Positions 10,754 to 24,200 of a DNA stretch of 64,000 nucleotides are shown in pieces. The notes under the pieces were generated by a model. That model saw only the letters and a program-made list of their open reading frames with translations. It had not been told where the DNA came from and searched no databases. The position numbers and the translations under genes were made by a program. Position 1 is the first letter of the stretch, and each line of letters opens with the position of its first letter. The DNA is from an uncultured cyanobacterium (lineage in GTDB: Bacteria > Cyanobacteriota > Cyanobacteriia > Cyanobacteriales > Cyanobacteriaceae), in NCBI GenBank assembly GCA_963710605.1, contig CAVQBA010000006.1, forward strand, positions 512,001-576,000, given 5' to 3'.

Positions 10754-12622
10754 ATGAATAGTGGGACGGCAACAATTCGATGTGTCAACAAAAAATGTAA
10801 AACAATTAACGAAATTCAAAATACATTTTGCCATCGATGTAACACTCCTATCTTGAGAAACTATTTATGGATTAAAGGAGAATTTAGTCAAAATTATAAA
10901 GTAGGCGATTTAATCGACGATCGTTTTCGTTTATGTTATTCCAAAGTGGTAATTGATACCAAACCAGATATAACGATTCGCACCCCAGAAGTTATTCCTG
11001 AAGAAATCAAACCTTATTTGAGGTTATTTTCTCATCGTCTTCATTTGCCTCAAATTTATGGTTATTTAAGTTTTCCCGAACAAGCATGGCTTTTAGAATA
11101 TGAAAGTGTGCCAATCAATAATCAAGGTGATTTAATTTATCCTCGGTTTTTTCCCGGTATTGAATCTTGCCTGAAGAAAGTTTCACCTTTACGGCAAATG
11201 AATTGGTTATGGCAGATTGTACAACTGTGGCAACCATTATCACAACAAAAAAGTTTATCGAGTTTATTTAGCTTTGAAAATATACGTGTGAATGGTTCTA
11301 TTGTTAAATTAATTGAATTAGAATTAGATCAACAAACAACCCCGACTTTAGCTGATTTGGGTGATTTGTTTTATAGTTGGCTTCCTCTTTTTGATCCTTT
11401 AATTGAAAATATTATTGAAAATATTACTTTGTCTTTACAACAAAATCTATTTAGCAATATTGATCAAGTATTAAATATCTTAGACCAAAGTATTTATATT
11501 TTAGGTAACAATTATTACGATCGAAAATTTGAATTAATTACCGCTACTGATACAGGTAAAAAAAGAAAAAATAATGAAGATGCCTGTTATCCTGAACCTA
11601 ATCAGCTTAAGAAAACCACTAAAGAATTAGACACTTTGGCTGTAATTTGTGATGGTTTAGGCGGACAAGATGGAGGAGAAGTTGCTTCTAATTTAGCGAT
11701 TGAAATTATTCACAAAAGTTTACAAAATAGTTACAAAGAAACTTTAAAAAAGACACTATATAGTAAAAATTGGACTCCTTTAATTGATGCTGAAAAAATA
11801 TATCATGCTATTTCTGAAGCTAATAATAAAATCACCCATTTAAACAACAATCAAAAACGACGTAAGTTACAAAGAATGGGTACAACCGCTACTATTAGTA
11901 TGGCAGTAGCCCACGAAATATATTTAGCCAATGTTGGTGATTCTCGTATTTATTGGATTACACCTTACAGTTGTCATCAAGTTAGTATTGATGATAATAT
12001 CGCCACGAAAAAAGTTAAAAAAGGTGATGATTTATATCGTTCTATCAGTGCTAATCGTAAATCAGGAACTTTGTTACAAGCATTAGGAATGAATTTTTCT
12101 AGTCATTTAAAAATACATATTAAAAGATTAATACTCGATGAAGATAGTGTTTTTTTGTTATGCTCAGATGGTTTGTCTGATTACAATCGAGTTGAACAAT
12201 ATTGGCGTTCAGAAATATTACCAATTATTAAACAAAACAAAGATTTAGAACAAGTGATGCAAAGCCTAATGCAAATTGGGCTCAAGAAAAATGGACATGA
12301 TAATATTACGATCGCTTTATTTTCTTGTCAAGTTGAAATGCTCTCACAGCCACGTAAAGAACAAGAATTATCATGGCAATACTTAAATGAGATTATCACT
12401 GATTTACCTAAACCACAATTTAAAAATGATAACTGGTTCAATTCATTGTGGAATACATCTTTTGTTCACAAAACTGATAATAACAAAATTAGAAATATAA
12501 TTCTCATTCTTCTAACTTCTTCATTACTAGTTTCTGCGGTGTTGTTTTGGCATCACAAAAAATCATCTCCACAGCAATCACACAGACAAAATCTAGCTAA
12601 AATTCAAAATCTCAACAATTAA
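10754..12622 (+). CDS. PP2C Ser/Thr phosphatase with N-terminal Zn-ribbon/degenerate kinase-like region and C-terminal TM
   Basis: CxxxxC..CxxC; RKNNED, DGLGG, MGTT, NVGDSR, LCSDGL, GHDNIT. Confidence 0.9.
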   Translation: MNSGTATIRCVNKKCKTINEIQNTFCHRCNTPILRNYLWIKGEFSQNYKVGDLIDDRFRLCYSKVVIDTKPDITIRTPEVIPEEIKPYLRLFSHRLHLPQIYGYLSFPEQAWLLEYESVPINNQGDLIYPRFFPGIESCLKKVSPLRQMNWLWQIVQLWQPLSQQKSLSSLFSFENIRVNGSIVKLIELELDQQTTPTLADLGDLFYSWLPLFDPLIENIIENITLSLQQNLFSNIDQVLNILDQSIYILGNNYYDRKFELITATDTGKKRKNNEDACYPEPNQLKKTTKELDTLAVICDGLGGQDGGEVASNLAIEIIHKSLQNSYKETLKKTLYSKNWTPLIDAEKIYHAISEANNKITHLNNNQKRRKLQRMGTTATISMAVAHEIYLANVGDSRIYWITPYSCHQVSIDDNIATKKVKKGDDLYRSISANRKSGTLLQALGMNFSSHLKIHIKRLILDEDSVFLLCSDGLSDYNRVEQYWRSEILPIIKQNKDLEQVMQSLMQIGLKKNGHDNITIALFSCQVEMLSQPRKEQELSWQYLNEIITDLPKPQFKNDNWFNSLWNTSFVHKTDNNKIRNIILILLTSSLLVSAVLFWHHKKSSPQQSHRQNLAKIQNLNN

Positions 12623-12647
12623 TAGACGATCGTTCTATTACTAATTA

Positions 12648-13349
12648 TTAATTATTATCCAAATCTAAACTATTAATTTTGGTGTAGGCTTGATCAACAA
12701 AACCTTGACCTCGAAGATAACCTGTGTTTGCACCCGGGAGGATGTATTGTAAATTATGTTCATCAAAACGATCGTTTAATCGTTGTAAACTTCTCAGTTG
12801 TCGATGCCAATGAAAAGTTTTCTTAAGTTTTAAGGCAGTTATTTGTGAAGGCGAAATCGGTAATAAATGTCTTCCTGAGAACAAAACACCATTATGGATA
12901 GAAGTATATAAACAAGAAGAAGCAGGGCTATAACCACAAGTCCAAATTAGTTGACAATCTCGATCGATGATATACTCTTGCTCAAAAGTAATTGGTGCTA
13001 AATTAGGAAGTAAATAACCTTCTTGTTCTTGAATAATCAAATCGCAGTTTAAATCTTGTTTGATTTGACGAACTTTTTTACTAATACCATCACGATTAGT
13101 TAGAAACAGAGTTTTAACGCCTCCTTTATCTAAACAAAATTGACGGTTAGACTCTGACCATAAAGGACAATCAATCAGAATATTACCATTAGGACGTAAC
13201 AATAAATAAGCAGTACCACCTAAAATATCTTTGTTAGGAGCAAAAGCAAAAATATTTTCCAGAATTAATTTAGGATATGAAGAGCGTTTTTTAATAGGAG
13301 TAATTAATTCTTGATCATTTGGTAAGCTAGAGTTTAGACTATTGTTCAT
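12648..13349 (-). CDS. MBL-fold protein
   Basis: GGTAYL, NILIDCP, GVLFSGRHL; metal ligands degenerate. Confidence 0.75.
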   Translation of the reverse strand: MNNSLNSSLPNDQELITPIKKRSSYPKLILENIFAFAPNKDILGGTAYLLLRPNGNILIDCPLWSESNRQFCLDKGGVKTLFLTNRDGISKKVRQIKQDLNCDLIIQEQEGYLLPNLAPITFEQEYIIDRDCQLIWTCGYSPASSCLYTSIHNGVLFSGRHLLPISPSQITALKLKKTFHWHRQLRSLQRLNDRFDEHNLQYILPGANTGYLRGQGFVDQAYTKINSLDLDNN

Positions 13350-13440
13350 CAGTAAATTTATTATTAATTTATATTCTTCTTTTTCAGTTCACCAAGAATA
13401 TCTTTAAAATAGAAGATAGAGTTACTATTATAAAGAAAAC

Positions 13441-14964
13441 ATGGAATTAATTATTCTATTTACTATTTTGAGTACTATCAGTTACATAGTCATCAAAAGA
13501 AGTGTGGGTAAAATAACCAAAACACCAATGTACTTACTTTGGTTAGCGTTGATGAGTCCGCCTTTAGTTTGGGCAGGATGGTATTTAATAAACCCGAATC
13601 AAGATTCCATGCCGATTATTTTGGTAGTGATTCCATTGATTTTTTCACCTCTATTGTATGTTTGGTTAATCGAGATTGGTAAATCTAATTCAGAAGAAAA
13701 ACCAATTCCACAAAAACCTAATTCAATCAAGCTTGAAAAAGCTAATCTCTCCCAATCCACTACACCAGTACTAGAAGAGAAAACCCAACTACCAAATAAT
13801 CCTCAACCACGCCCGATTACCTCAAGCGAAGAAAAAGCTTTAAAAGATTGTTTTCCTTGGGGCGTTTATTATTTACAAAAAGTAGATTATTTACCTCAAG
13901 CAATTCTTTGTTTAGGTAAGCTAATGACTGCACCAGAAAAAGCTTATCCGACGATTAAAGCTAATTTAGAAAAAGTTTTTGACGATCGTTTTTTAATTAT
14001 CTTTCAAGAAACCTTACAAGGTCAACCATTTTTTGCTTTAGTACCTAACCCTTATTCTCAGAGTAACCAAGAAAAAAAACCGACTGAAAAACTAACTCGC
14101 CCCGGTTTTGCTTTAGGATTATTATTCTTAACTTTATTGACAACTACCTTAATCGGTTGTGAGATGAATGGTGTTGTTATCGAAGCACTTGAAAGTGACC
14201 CTTGGTTACTAGCACAGGGTTTACCTTACAGTTTGTCTTTATTAGCTATTTTAGGAGTTCACGAATCAGGACATTATTTATTCGCTGTTTATTATAAAAT
14301 TAAAACTACGTTACCTTATTTTATTCCCATACCTTTTTTCCTCGGTACTTTCGGTGCATTCATCTCCATTAAAGCACCAATGCCTAATCGTAAAGCTATA
14401 TTTGATGTAGCGTTAGCTGGCCCGATTGCGGGTTTTTTAATTACTTTACCTGTTTTAACTTGGGGGTTAAGTTATTCGGAGATAGTAGATATGCCTCAGA
14501 CTGTCAATATACTTAATTTTCATGCTTTAGATCCTCGTTTTTCTTTCTTTTTCGCAGTTTTAAGTAAACTCGCTTTAGGCTCTCAATTAGTAGCGGGTAA
14601 GGCAATTTACCTTCATCCTACTGCCATTGCCGGTTATATTGGTTTAATTGTGACTGCACTTAATCTTATTCCTGTCGGGCAACTAGATGGTGGACATATT
14701 GTTCATGCTATGTTTGGACAAGGTAAAGCTTTAGTCATTGGTCAAATCACTCGTATTTTAGTTATTCTTTTAGCCCTAATTCGAGGTGAATTTTTGTTTT
14801 GGGCAATCATCTTACTATTTATGCCAATTTCTGATCAACCAGCTTTAAATGATGTTACTGAATTAGATAACAAAAGAGATATTCTTGGTTTATTAGCTTT
14901 AGGTTTATTAGTCGCTATTTTATTACCTGTACCTGCAACTGTAGCTGATTGGTTAAATCTTTAA
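13441..14964 (+). CDS. Site-2 protease (M50)
   Basis: HESGH and NLIPVGQLDGG motifs; multiple TM helices. Confidence 0.93.
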   Translation: MELIILFTILSTISYIVIKRSVGKITKTPMYLLWLALMSPPLVWAGWYLINPNQDSMPIILVVIPLIFSPLLYVWLIEIGKSNSEEKPIPQKPNSIKLEKANLSQSTTPVLEEKTQLPNNPQPRPITSSEEKALKDCFPWGVYYLQKVDYLPQAILCLGKLMTAPEKAYPTIKANLEKVFDDRFLIIFQETLQGQPFFALVPNPYSQSNQEKKPTEKLTRPGFALGLLFLTLLTTTLIGCEMNGVVIEALESDPWLLAQGLPYSLSLLAILGVHESGHYLFAVYYKIKTTLPYFIPIPFFLGTFGAFISIKAPMPNRKAIFDVALAGPIAGFLITLPVLTWGLSYSEIVDMPQTVNILNFHALDPRFSFFFAVLSKLALGSQLVAGKAIYLHPTAIAGYIGLIVTALNLIPVGQLDGGHIVHAMFGQGKALVIGQITRILVILLALIRGEFLFWAIILLFMPISDQPALNDVTELDNKRDILGLLALGLLVAILLPVPATVADWLNL

Positions 14965-15006
14965 AAGTCACCGAATCAGTAGTAAAGACTTTAGTTTTTA
15001 TTAAAT

Positions 15007-15417
15007 ATGGTAAATATGAACGATCGATTTAGTTATCAAAGAACAATTTATTTTAAAGATACAGATGCGGCGGGAGTTGTTTATTTTGCTAACTTGTTAT
15101 CTATCTGTCATGAAGCTTATGAAGAATATTTAGCCAGCAATCTACAAATTAATTTAGCTACTTTTTTTACTGATAAACTAATGGCTATTCCTATAATTCA
15201 TAGTGAAATAAGTTTTTTACAACCGTTGTTGTGTGGCGATCGTATTTTAGTTTTTCTCACACCTCAATTAATTAATGATAAAGTACTAGAAACTCATTAT
15301 CAAATCTATAAAGACCAAGAAATTGTTGGCAATGCTTTAATTAGGCATATTTGTATTAATCCTCAAACCCGAAAAACTCAACCGCTTCCTGATATTTTTA
15401 AAATTATTAATCATTAA
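15007..15417 (+). CDS. Hotdog thioesterase, probable DHNA-CoA hydrolase
   Basis: DTDAAGVVYFAN motif. Confidence 0.85.
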   Translation: MVNMNDRFSYQRTIYFKDTDAAGVVYFANLLSICHEAYEEYLASNLQINLATFFTDKLMAIPIIHSEISFLQPLLCGDRILVFLTPQLINDKVLETHYQIYKDQEIVGNALIRHICINPQTRKTQPLPDIFKIINH

Positions 15418-15589
15418 AGATTATTCACAAATTCTTGCTTGATATTTTATCTTTAAATTTTTACTTAGGTTACTTACTGCTTACTTTTTAACTTTTAATT
15501 ATCAAAATAAGAACGATCGTTCTTACACTAATTGTTAAGACACAGGTTAATATGATGAAAGAAAAGCTTGAATAACGATCGAGATTGTC

Positions 15590-15970
15590 ATGAACGAAAA
15601 ACTAAATGCAGAATCTCTTGATTCATCAGAATTAGAACACACTCGTACACCTCCGTGGGGTACAGTAACGATGTTAGAAGAAGGTAGCCATTACCGTATT
15701 AATAGAATTGTAGTCAAACCTAGTCATCATATTAGTACTCAAATGCACTATCATCGAAGTGAACATTGGGTAGTAGTAGCAGGTACAGCAAAAGTCACAT
15801 TTAACGGTGAAGAAACACTCCTGCTTCCTAAACAATCAACGTATGTACCCATGAATACACGTCATCGTGTCGAAAATCCCGGTGTTGTGCCATTAGTGAT
15901 GATTGAGATTCAAAATGGTGAACATTTAGGTGATGATGATATTATTCGTTTTGGTGACGAAGAAGGCTAG
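15590..15970 (+). CDS. Cupin, mannose-6-phosphate isomerase type II C-terminal-like
   Basis: PPWG, QMHYHRSEHWVVVAG, HRVENPG, EIQNGE. Confidence 0.88.
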   Translation: MNEKLNAESLDSSELEHTRTPPWGTVTMLEEGSHYRINRIVVKPSHHISTQMHYHRSEHWVVVAGTAKVTFNGEETLLLPKQSTYVPMNTRHRVENPGVVPLVMIEIQNGEHLGDDDIIRFGDEEG

Positions 15971-16051
15971 ATTAAGAATTGTTCAGTGCGAGAATTGAGA
16001 ATTGAGAATTAAGAACAGATTAGGCTTTAAAGATTAGCAATGAACAGTTAA

Positions 16052-16167
16052 AACTCCTTACTCCTTACTCCTTACTCCTTACTCCTTGCGGTGGAAGCCC
16101 GCGTCGGCGAAAGACGCAAGGGAACGTCCACCAAGACACTCCTTACTCCTTACTCCTTACTCATTAC
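16052..16167. repeat. (ACTCCTT)n heptamer array interrupted by a 50-bp hairpin element (16088-16137)
   Basis: Seen directly. Confidence 0.9.
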
Positions 16168-16294
16168 CTGTTGATGGGCGATCGATGGTTGTTAGTTGAT
16201 TGTATTATAATGAAACAACAACAGACGATCGTTTCCACAGCAAGGCGTTTGACGATCGTCAAAACAACTATATTTTTAAAGATAACTATCAATT

Positions 16295-17263
16295 GTGTTT
16301 ACTGCTAATATTCCGTCAAAACCTTCTGCACCTAATGATATACCCGAAGACTTATTCGGTGCGATCGATGAATTAAAAAAAGAATTAAATGCGGTAATTT
16401 TAGCCCATTACTATCAAGAAGGAGATATACAAGATATTGCTGATTATATCGGTGATTCTTTAGGATTATCTCAACAAGCCGCCTCCACAACTGCGGATGT
16501 TATTTTGTTTGCTGGGGTACATTTTATGGCAGAAACAGCTAAAATTCTTAACCCAAATAAATTAGTATTATTACCTGATTTAGAAGCAGGTTGCTCTTTA
16601 GCAGATAGTTGTCCTCCCGCCGAATTTGGGGCGTTTAAAGCTCAACATCCAGATCATATAGTCATTTCTTATATCAACTGTACCGCCGAAATAAAAGCAC
16701 TTAGTGATATTATCTGTACAAGTTCTAATGCGGTTAAGATAGTTAATCAAATACCAGCCAATCAACCGATTATCTTTGCTCCCGATAAAAATTTAGGTCG
16801 TTATGTGATTGAGCAAACAGGTCGAGATATGGTTTTATGGGATGGTAGTTGTATTGTTCACGAAACTTTTTCTGAGAAAAAGATGATTGAGTTAAAAATG
16901 CAACATCCTTCAGCGGAAATACTCGCTCATCCTGAATGTGAAACAACTGTTTTACGTCATGCCGATTATATTGGTTCAACTACTGCTTTGTTAAAGTATA
17001 GTCAGCAAAGTAATAAGGATAAATTTATTATCGCCACTGAGCCGGGTATTATCCATCAAATGGAAAAAAATGCCCCTGAAAAGATGTTTATTCCTGCACC
17101 ACCTGAAAGTAATTGTGCTTGTAATGAATGCCCTTATATGAGACTTAATACTCTAGAAAAAGTTTATTTAGCTCTCAAAAACAAAACTCCAGAAATAAAT
17201 ATTCCTGAACCAATTAGAGTTAAAGCACTAAAACCAATTCAAAAAATGTTGAAGATGTCTTAA
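16295..17263 (+). CDS. nadA: Quinolinate synthase
   Basis: [39 protein letters not shown]. Confidence 0.96.
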   Translation: MFTANIPSKPSAPNDIPEDLFGAIDELKKELNAVILAHYYQEGDIQDIADYIGDSLGLSQQAASTTADVILFAGVHFMAETAKILNPNKLVLLPDLEAGCSLADSCPPAEFGAFKAQHPDHIVISYINCTAEIKALSDIICTSSNAVKIVNQIPANQPIIFAPDKNLGRYVIEQTGRDMVLWDGSCIVHETFSEKKMIELKMQHPSAEILAHPECETTVLRHADYIGSTTALLKYSQQSNKDKFIIATEPGIIHQMEKNAPEKMFIPAPPESNCACNECPYMRLNTLEKVYLALKNKTPEINIPEPIRVKALKPIQKMLKMS

Positions 17264-17454
17264 TAGAATTGAGAATTGAGAATTGAGAATTGAGAATTGA
17301 GAATTGAGATGAATCCCTGCTTCTCACGTCTTCGGTGAGAATTGCGGTCATAACCCGCAACGAGGGCAAGTCGTAAGCGGTCATTGGACGAAGAGGTTTT
17401 CTCGCCATGTCTAATCGATCAAGATACCGAACGCTGACCAAGACGAGAATTGAG
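17264..17454. repeat. (GAGAATT)n array with inserted GC-rich nested hairpin elements (17344-17444)
   Basis: Seen directly. Confidence 0.85.
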
Positions 17455-17518
17455 ATCTATAGTTATAGTTATTTCACACAAATATGAAACAATTTTTTCT
17501 CTAAATTATCAACTATCA

Positions 17519-17560
17519 AAAAAACCCGTTTAGAGTTGTTATCTAAGACGGGTTTTCTTT
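17519..17560. terminator. Bidirectional intrinsic terminator between convergent nadA and crtB
   Basis: AAAACCCGTTTAGA-gttgtta-TCTAAGACGGGTTTT with A and T tails. Confidence 0.75.
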
Positions 17561-17571
17561 CTGATTGAGTG

Positions 17572-18501
17572 TTACAAAACTTGAGCTCTTAACCATGCCA
17601 CTGGTAAATATAGCATTTTGTTGGGTGTAGGAACATAGGCACGACGACTAAAGACATCGTAGTCATTTTTGACGATCACATCAAGAATACCTTGATATAA
17701 CATCAAAGCAGACCAAACGGGCCAACGAGCGTCGGGATTTAAAGCACGAATACCGCTTTCAGCTTGTTGATAATATCCTTGAGCTCGATCGATCTGAAAT
17801 TGCATTAAACCACGCCAACGATCGTCAATTACACCATTAAGTAAATCTTCTTCAGTATAATTAAACCGATCTAAATCTTCTAAAGGTAAATAGATTCTAC
17901 CCCTGTGGATATCTTCTCCTACATCTCGTAAGATATTCGTTAGTTGGTTGGCAATTCCGAGTGCGATCGCTTCTTCTTCAGGTATATAAAGAGAAGTATT
18001 TACCCATGGAGTATTAAAACCAAAATCGTCAATTCCCATCACCGCCGAAGACATCAAACCAACTGTACCGGCGACACGATAACAGTAAAGGTATAAATCA
18101 TCAAAAGTTTGGTAACGATTACGTTTCAAATCCATATGTTGCCCTGCAATCATATCCTTAAAAGGTTGAATATCCATCGGGAAACGTCGCAGTGTATCCA
18201 CTAAAGCAACATCGGGATCATCAATTGGTTGTCCAGTAAAAACAGATTGTAATTGTTGTTCCCATAGATTAAGGGTTTCGGGAGTGGTTAATTTTGCTTG
18301 AGGGCCATCGACTAATTCATCAGTACGACGACACCAGACATAAATTGCCCAAATAGCACTCCTTTTCTCTTTGGGCATCAAAAGTGTACCTAGATAAAAA
18401 GTCTTGGAAAATTTTGCCGTTATTTGACGACAATATTCATAAGACTCATCTAAAGTAGCTAGGGGTTGTTTTGGTTGTAATTTCTTAGGCAGTTGCAGCA
18501 T
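17572..18501 (-). CDS. crtB: Phytoene synthase
   Basis: CRRTDELVD, YCYRVAGTVG, QLTNILRDVGED. Confidence 0.97.
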   Translation of the reverse strand: MLQLPKKLQPKQPLATLDESYEYCRQITAKFSKTFYLGTLLMPKEKRSAIWAIYVWCRRTDELVDGPQAKLTTPETLNLWEQQLQSVFTGQPIDDPDVALVDTLRRFPMDIQPFKDMIAGQHMDLKRNRYQTFDDLYLYCYRVAGTVGLMSSAVMGIDDFGFNTPWVNTSLYIPEEEAIALGIANQLTNILRDVGEDIHRGRIYLPLEDLDRFNYTEEDLLNGVIDDRWRGLMQFQIDRAQGYYQQAESGIRALNPDARWPVWSALMLYQGILDVIVKNDYDVFSRRAYVPTPNKMLYLPVAWLRAQVL

Positions 18502-18897
18502 TCATCTCTGCTGAAATAATTGGTTAAATAATATAAAAAATATCAATATAATGACAAGTTAATTCATCGTTGCTCGATCGATCGTTACAAATAACGTCTC
18601 TAGAAGAACAAATCAATTACTAGGATAAAAGACAAAATAAATTGAATTAGACCAAAACAAAAGTGTTTAGTTTTTTCAATAAAAGTATTCTGCTTAATTC
18701 ATTTTAGAAAAAGAAAATACTTTAATCTAAATTTTTTTTGATCACTAGTATTGTCTCATCTTCTGGACAATTTTAATAATCGATCCTTGAGAATGATGAA
18801 CTTTAAAGTAATATAACACTATTTTGAAATAGAGTTATCTATAAGTAAACTACATGGTTTACTAATTTTAAATTACTTAATGGTTCATTATTAAAAT

Positions 18898-20334
<1,437 letters not shown>

Positions 20335-20369
20335 TTATTTTTCTGATCTTCTACATATTTCTTCAATCT

Positions 20370-20400
20370 ATTCTAGTCGTTTTTCTTGACATTTCGTAAC
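20370..20400 (-). promoter_or_regulatory. Putative pds promoter with HLR1-like direct repeat
   Basis: Minus strand GTTACGAA-AT-GTCAAGAA followed by TAGAAT (-10-like). Confidence 0.4.
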
Positions 20401-20576
20401 AATTTCCAATATTTTTTTCAGGAAAGAAGAATTAGATGGACGATAAATCAAGTGTGAAAGATAAGTAATAATGAAAAATTAAGTCAAAAGTAAGAAAGTA
20501 AAAATTGCTAATTATTTACTGTGATAAAATGTATTAATCATTCTATAATCTATTATTTGTATCCTAAAACCTGAGT

Positions 20577-20984
20577 ATGAATTTGATTAAATATTTGCAA
20601 TATTACGAAAATATAACTGTTACTAATATTTTTTCTTTTTCTATGGATAATGATGATGAGACTTTAATTATATTTCATGCAGTTGTATGGTGCTTAAAAA
20701 AGTATTTTAACCATTCAGAAAAATCGGCGATCGAGGCAGTTAACTGTTACTATCTTAAAAACAAAAAGCGTTTTGAGGAGAGTGGTTGGGGCGATGATAT
20801 TTATCATTATCAAGGAGCTTATGACATGGTATTAAGAATACATTATTCTCAAGATTTACAATTAGGTATTGATTTGGATCATAGTTTTCTTGAGTGGAAA
20901 AAAAATAATCAAGATGCTATTGTTTTAGGAGCTACAAATCATCATGTAAGTATGCTTTATCGAGTAGTTTCAAAGACGTTATAG
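20577..20984 (+). CDS. Hypothetical protein
   Basis: 135-aa ORF, no recognised motif. Confidence 0.55.
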   Translation: MNLIKYLQYYENITVTNIFSFSMDNDDETLIIFHAVVWCLKKYFNHSEKSAIEAVNCYYLKNKKRFEESGWGDDIYHYQGAYDMVLRIHYSQDLQLGIDLDHSFLEWKKNNQDAIVLGATNHHVSMLYRVVSKTL

Positions 20985-21207
20985 TTAAAAAACTAGTTTT
21001 AATTAAGAAGTAATAAGACTAAAAATTTACACTCAAACTATTTTTGAGCTTAAAAGTTGAAATAAATAAATAAGTAAATAAATAACGATCGTCAGTCGGT
21101 TACAAAAGATTAACGATCGTTAAAATTAGATTTATTTTTAATAACATTGTGAGATAGCAATCATAATAACTACCATCTATCTGATTCAAATTTAGATTGT
21201 AGTTATC

Positions 21208-24200
21208 TTAAGCAACTGTAAACTCAAATCCAAACACAGCATCATTAAAGTCGTTATCACTAACACCAAGATTAGCGGGTAAATCTTCAAAACCGAAAAT
21301 GTTATTACCTCTAGATTGTAAATGTTCTACACCATCAGGATTAGCACCGATGAAAGAAAAGTAAGCAACTCAATCGTCAAAAAACTTAGCCGCATCATTA
21401 AACTCATTATCTTCACTGTCTTCTTGAGCGATAAATCCATCAAAACCAAGACTACCTGAATTGGCTAAAACGAAAGGTGAATAAGTTTTTCCACCTGCTA
21501 AGATAACATCACCAAATTCGTCCACAGTTGTATTCAAATTTGCATTACCTGAATTTCCTGCTCGAATCACAAAATTATCAACTCGATTAGTAATTGCCGC
21601 TCTGGCATAACCATCATCAGTAGGTAACAAATCAGTAACACCGTCACCATCGATATCAATACCTCCATTTTCGTCATTTATTTCGTAGAAACCAACTAAG
21701 TTATCAAAAGTGGCTTCTGTACCTAAATCAAGAACGTTATCGGTTAGATTGGTAGTTAATTCGATATTTTTAACTGAATTGAAATCATAAGCTAATTTAT
21801 CAAGACGATCGTTATTAGATTCAAATGTAACACCACCATCTTCTAAAAGATTATTTAAAACATCAAGAACATTATCTTGTTCACGTCCGTCTAAATTTTG
21901 AATGCGAAAATCTAAATTAGAGTCGGTATCAGCTTCGTTAAATGCTTGATCTGCTGTCGAGAAAAATTCGCTTAAGTATTCAGCTAATGCGTCTTGCTCG
22001 CTACCTGCGATCGCAAAATCGGCTGAGCCTGATGGTGCATCGGCTAACTCAGTTGTTAATTCAACGATATTTTCACCATAAAAATTAAATGGATAACCGT
22101 CTCCACCGCCTGCAAGGAAATTAAGAGTAACTAAACGAATTTGACGATCGCTATTACCAAATACTTCACCATCTTTAATGATAAGATCGATAATATTATC
22201 ATCTTCATCAACGATCGCTAAGTTTTGAATTCTGTCTCCTTCGGTAACAACATTACCATCGCCATCAAATTCGATCGGTGTACCATTAGGATCAAAACTA
22301 AATTGTAAACCACCAACTTGAGGAAACTGTCCGGGTGTTGCACCATCTGCTGTAGCCGAAACACCATATTCGATTATATTCGCTAACTCTTGAGCAGTAA
22401 CAGTTAGTAAAGTCAATTCGTTGTTGAAACTAAGAGTATTTTCAATATCTAACTGAGAAATTTCTCCTTCTTCTTTACCAGAAACAGGATTAGCTAAGGT
22501 TGGTAATAAATCTCCTGTATTACCATTAACACTTCCAATTTGCGAACGAATACCACCACCATTTTTAAGAGAGACTAACACCGTTTCGTCAAATTCTTGA
22601 GCGACAAATAAGTTAGCGTCAGCAGTAAGATTACCTAAATTAGTTTCTTCGGTACGTACAGAACTACGACGACCTTGTAAGAAGACATCGCTAAAACCAA
22701 ATGTATTACCGTCTTTAGCAATAACTACTCCTGATACTGCATCGGTTAAATCTTGTACTAAACCCGCTTTAGTTCCATCAGCAAAAGGATCGTCATCTCC
22801 CCATAAGGCATTAACATTTTCGTCAGTGGTAGCAATAGGACCGTTATTATCTAAATCAAGGTCATCTAAACTATCTAAAGGAGTACCATCAGAACTAATC
22901 AAGATACCATTATCGTTGAAATCTACCACTAACTGACCGACATAAGAATATTCCCCATCAGTGCTTACAATTACAGTAGGATTACCTTGACTATCGGTGG
23001 TAATCAAAGGATATTGCTGGTCAAAAGTATCACCTGTACGAGGAATATCATCATTGTTACCTAAACGAGTATCCGAACCACCAGCGATAATAATATCAAC
23101 ACCATTTAATAAACCTGCTAATTCTTGTTCTAAAGCTATTTGTTGTAAGTGGCTGACTAAAACAATTTTGTTAACATCATCATCATTACCTGAAATATTA
23201 TCTTCACCATCAACAATATCATTAATTACAGGTTGCAGAACATTAGCTAAGGCTTGCATATCGTTGCTTCCACCAGTAATTTCTTGCGTCAAACCAGGAG
23301 AAGAAATCGTTGCTAATATTTGAGTTGTAGCACCAACTATACCGATCGTTTCGCCACCTGTTTCAATTAAAGTAGCAGGAGCAATTTTAGGAACATCTTG
23401 ACCAGCGTTATCACTATTAGGATTGTTTTGAAAATCTGTATTAACCAAAATTTCATTAGTAAATAAATCAGCTAATTCAGGATCGTTACTAAAATCAAGG
23501 TTGGCGGATAGATAAGGGAAATTAGCACCTACCCAACGATCGCCTTCTACTCCATCTGGGTCACGCATATCGGCTCGAATTAAATCACCAAAAGTCGCTG
23601 AACCTAAATCAAAATCATGATTACCAATTGCTGAGGCATCAAAACCGATCGCATTCATGATTGAAATATCGACTCGACCACCACCTTCACGCAGAGCGTT
23701 GTAAGCATTAGTACCATACAAGGCATTATAAAAATCGTTGAAGACTCCTTGATCACGGAATACATCTCGATCGCCACTAGCACTAAAAAATGGTCCAGGG
23801 ATATAGTTATCTCCAGCCGATAAAGTTAATGTACCATCTACAGGAGTGTTATCTTCAAGATAATCAACGATCGCCGCAAAGTTTGGTGCTTGATCAATCG
23901 CTTCTACTCCTCCTTCTAAATCTGAGGCGTGAAGAACTTGTAAACTAAATTTATTATCATCTCCATCACCGGGAGGATTGCCGCCACCAGCGATCGGAGT
24001 ATTGTTTTCTAATATGGAATAAATACTAGTTGTACCGCTTACTTCATTCGCTACAACTAATAAAGGTTCTCCATTAGGACTATCTTGGGTGCTGATAAAA
24101 GCAAAACCTTCTGGCCCTAAATCACCTGCCTCAGGATTAGCTGAACCGTCTTCTAGTTGTACAGGGATAAAATCACCATTAGCATCAACAAAGTTACGGT

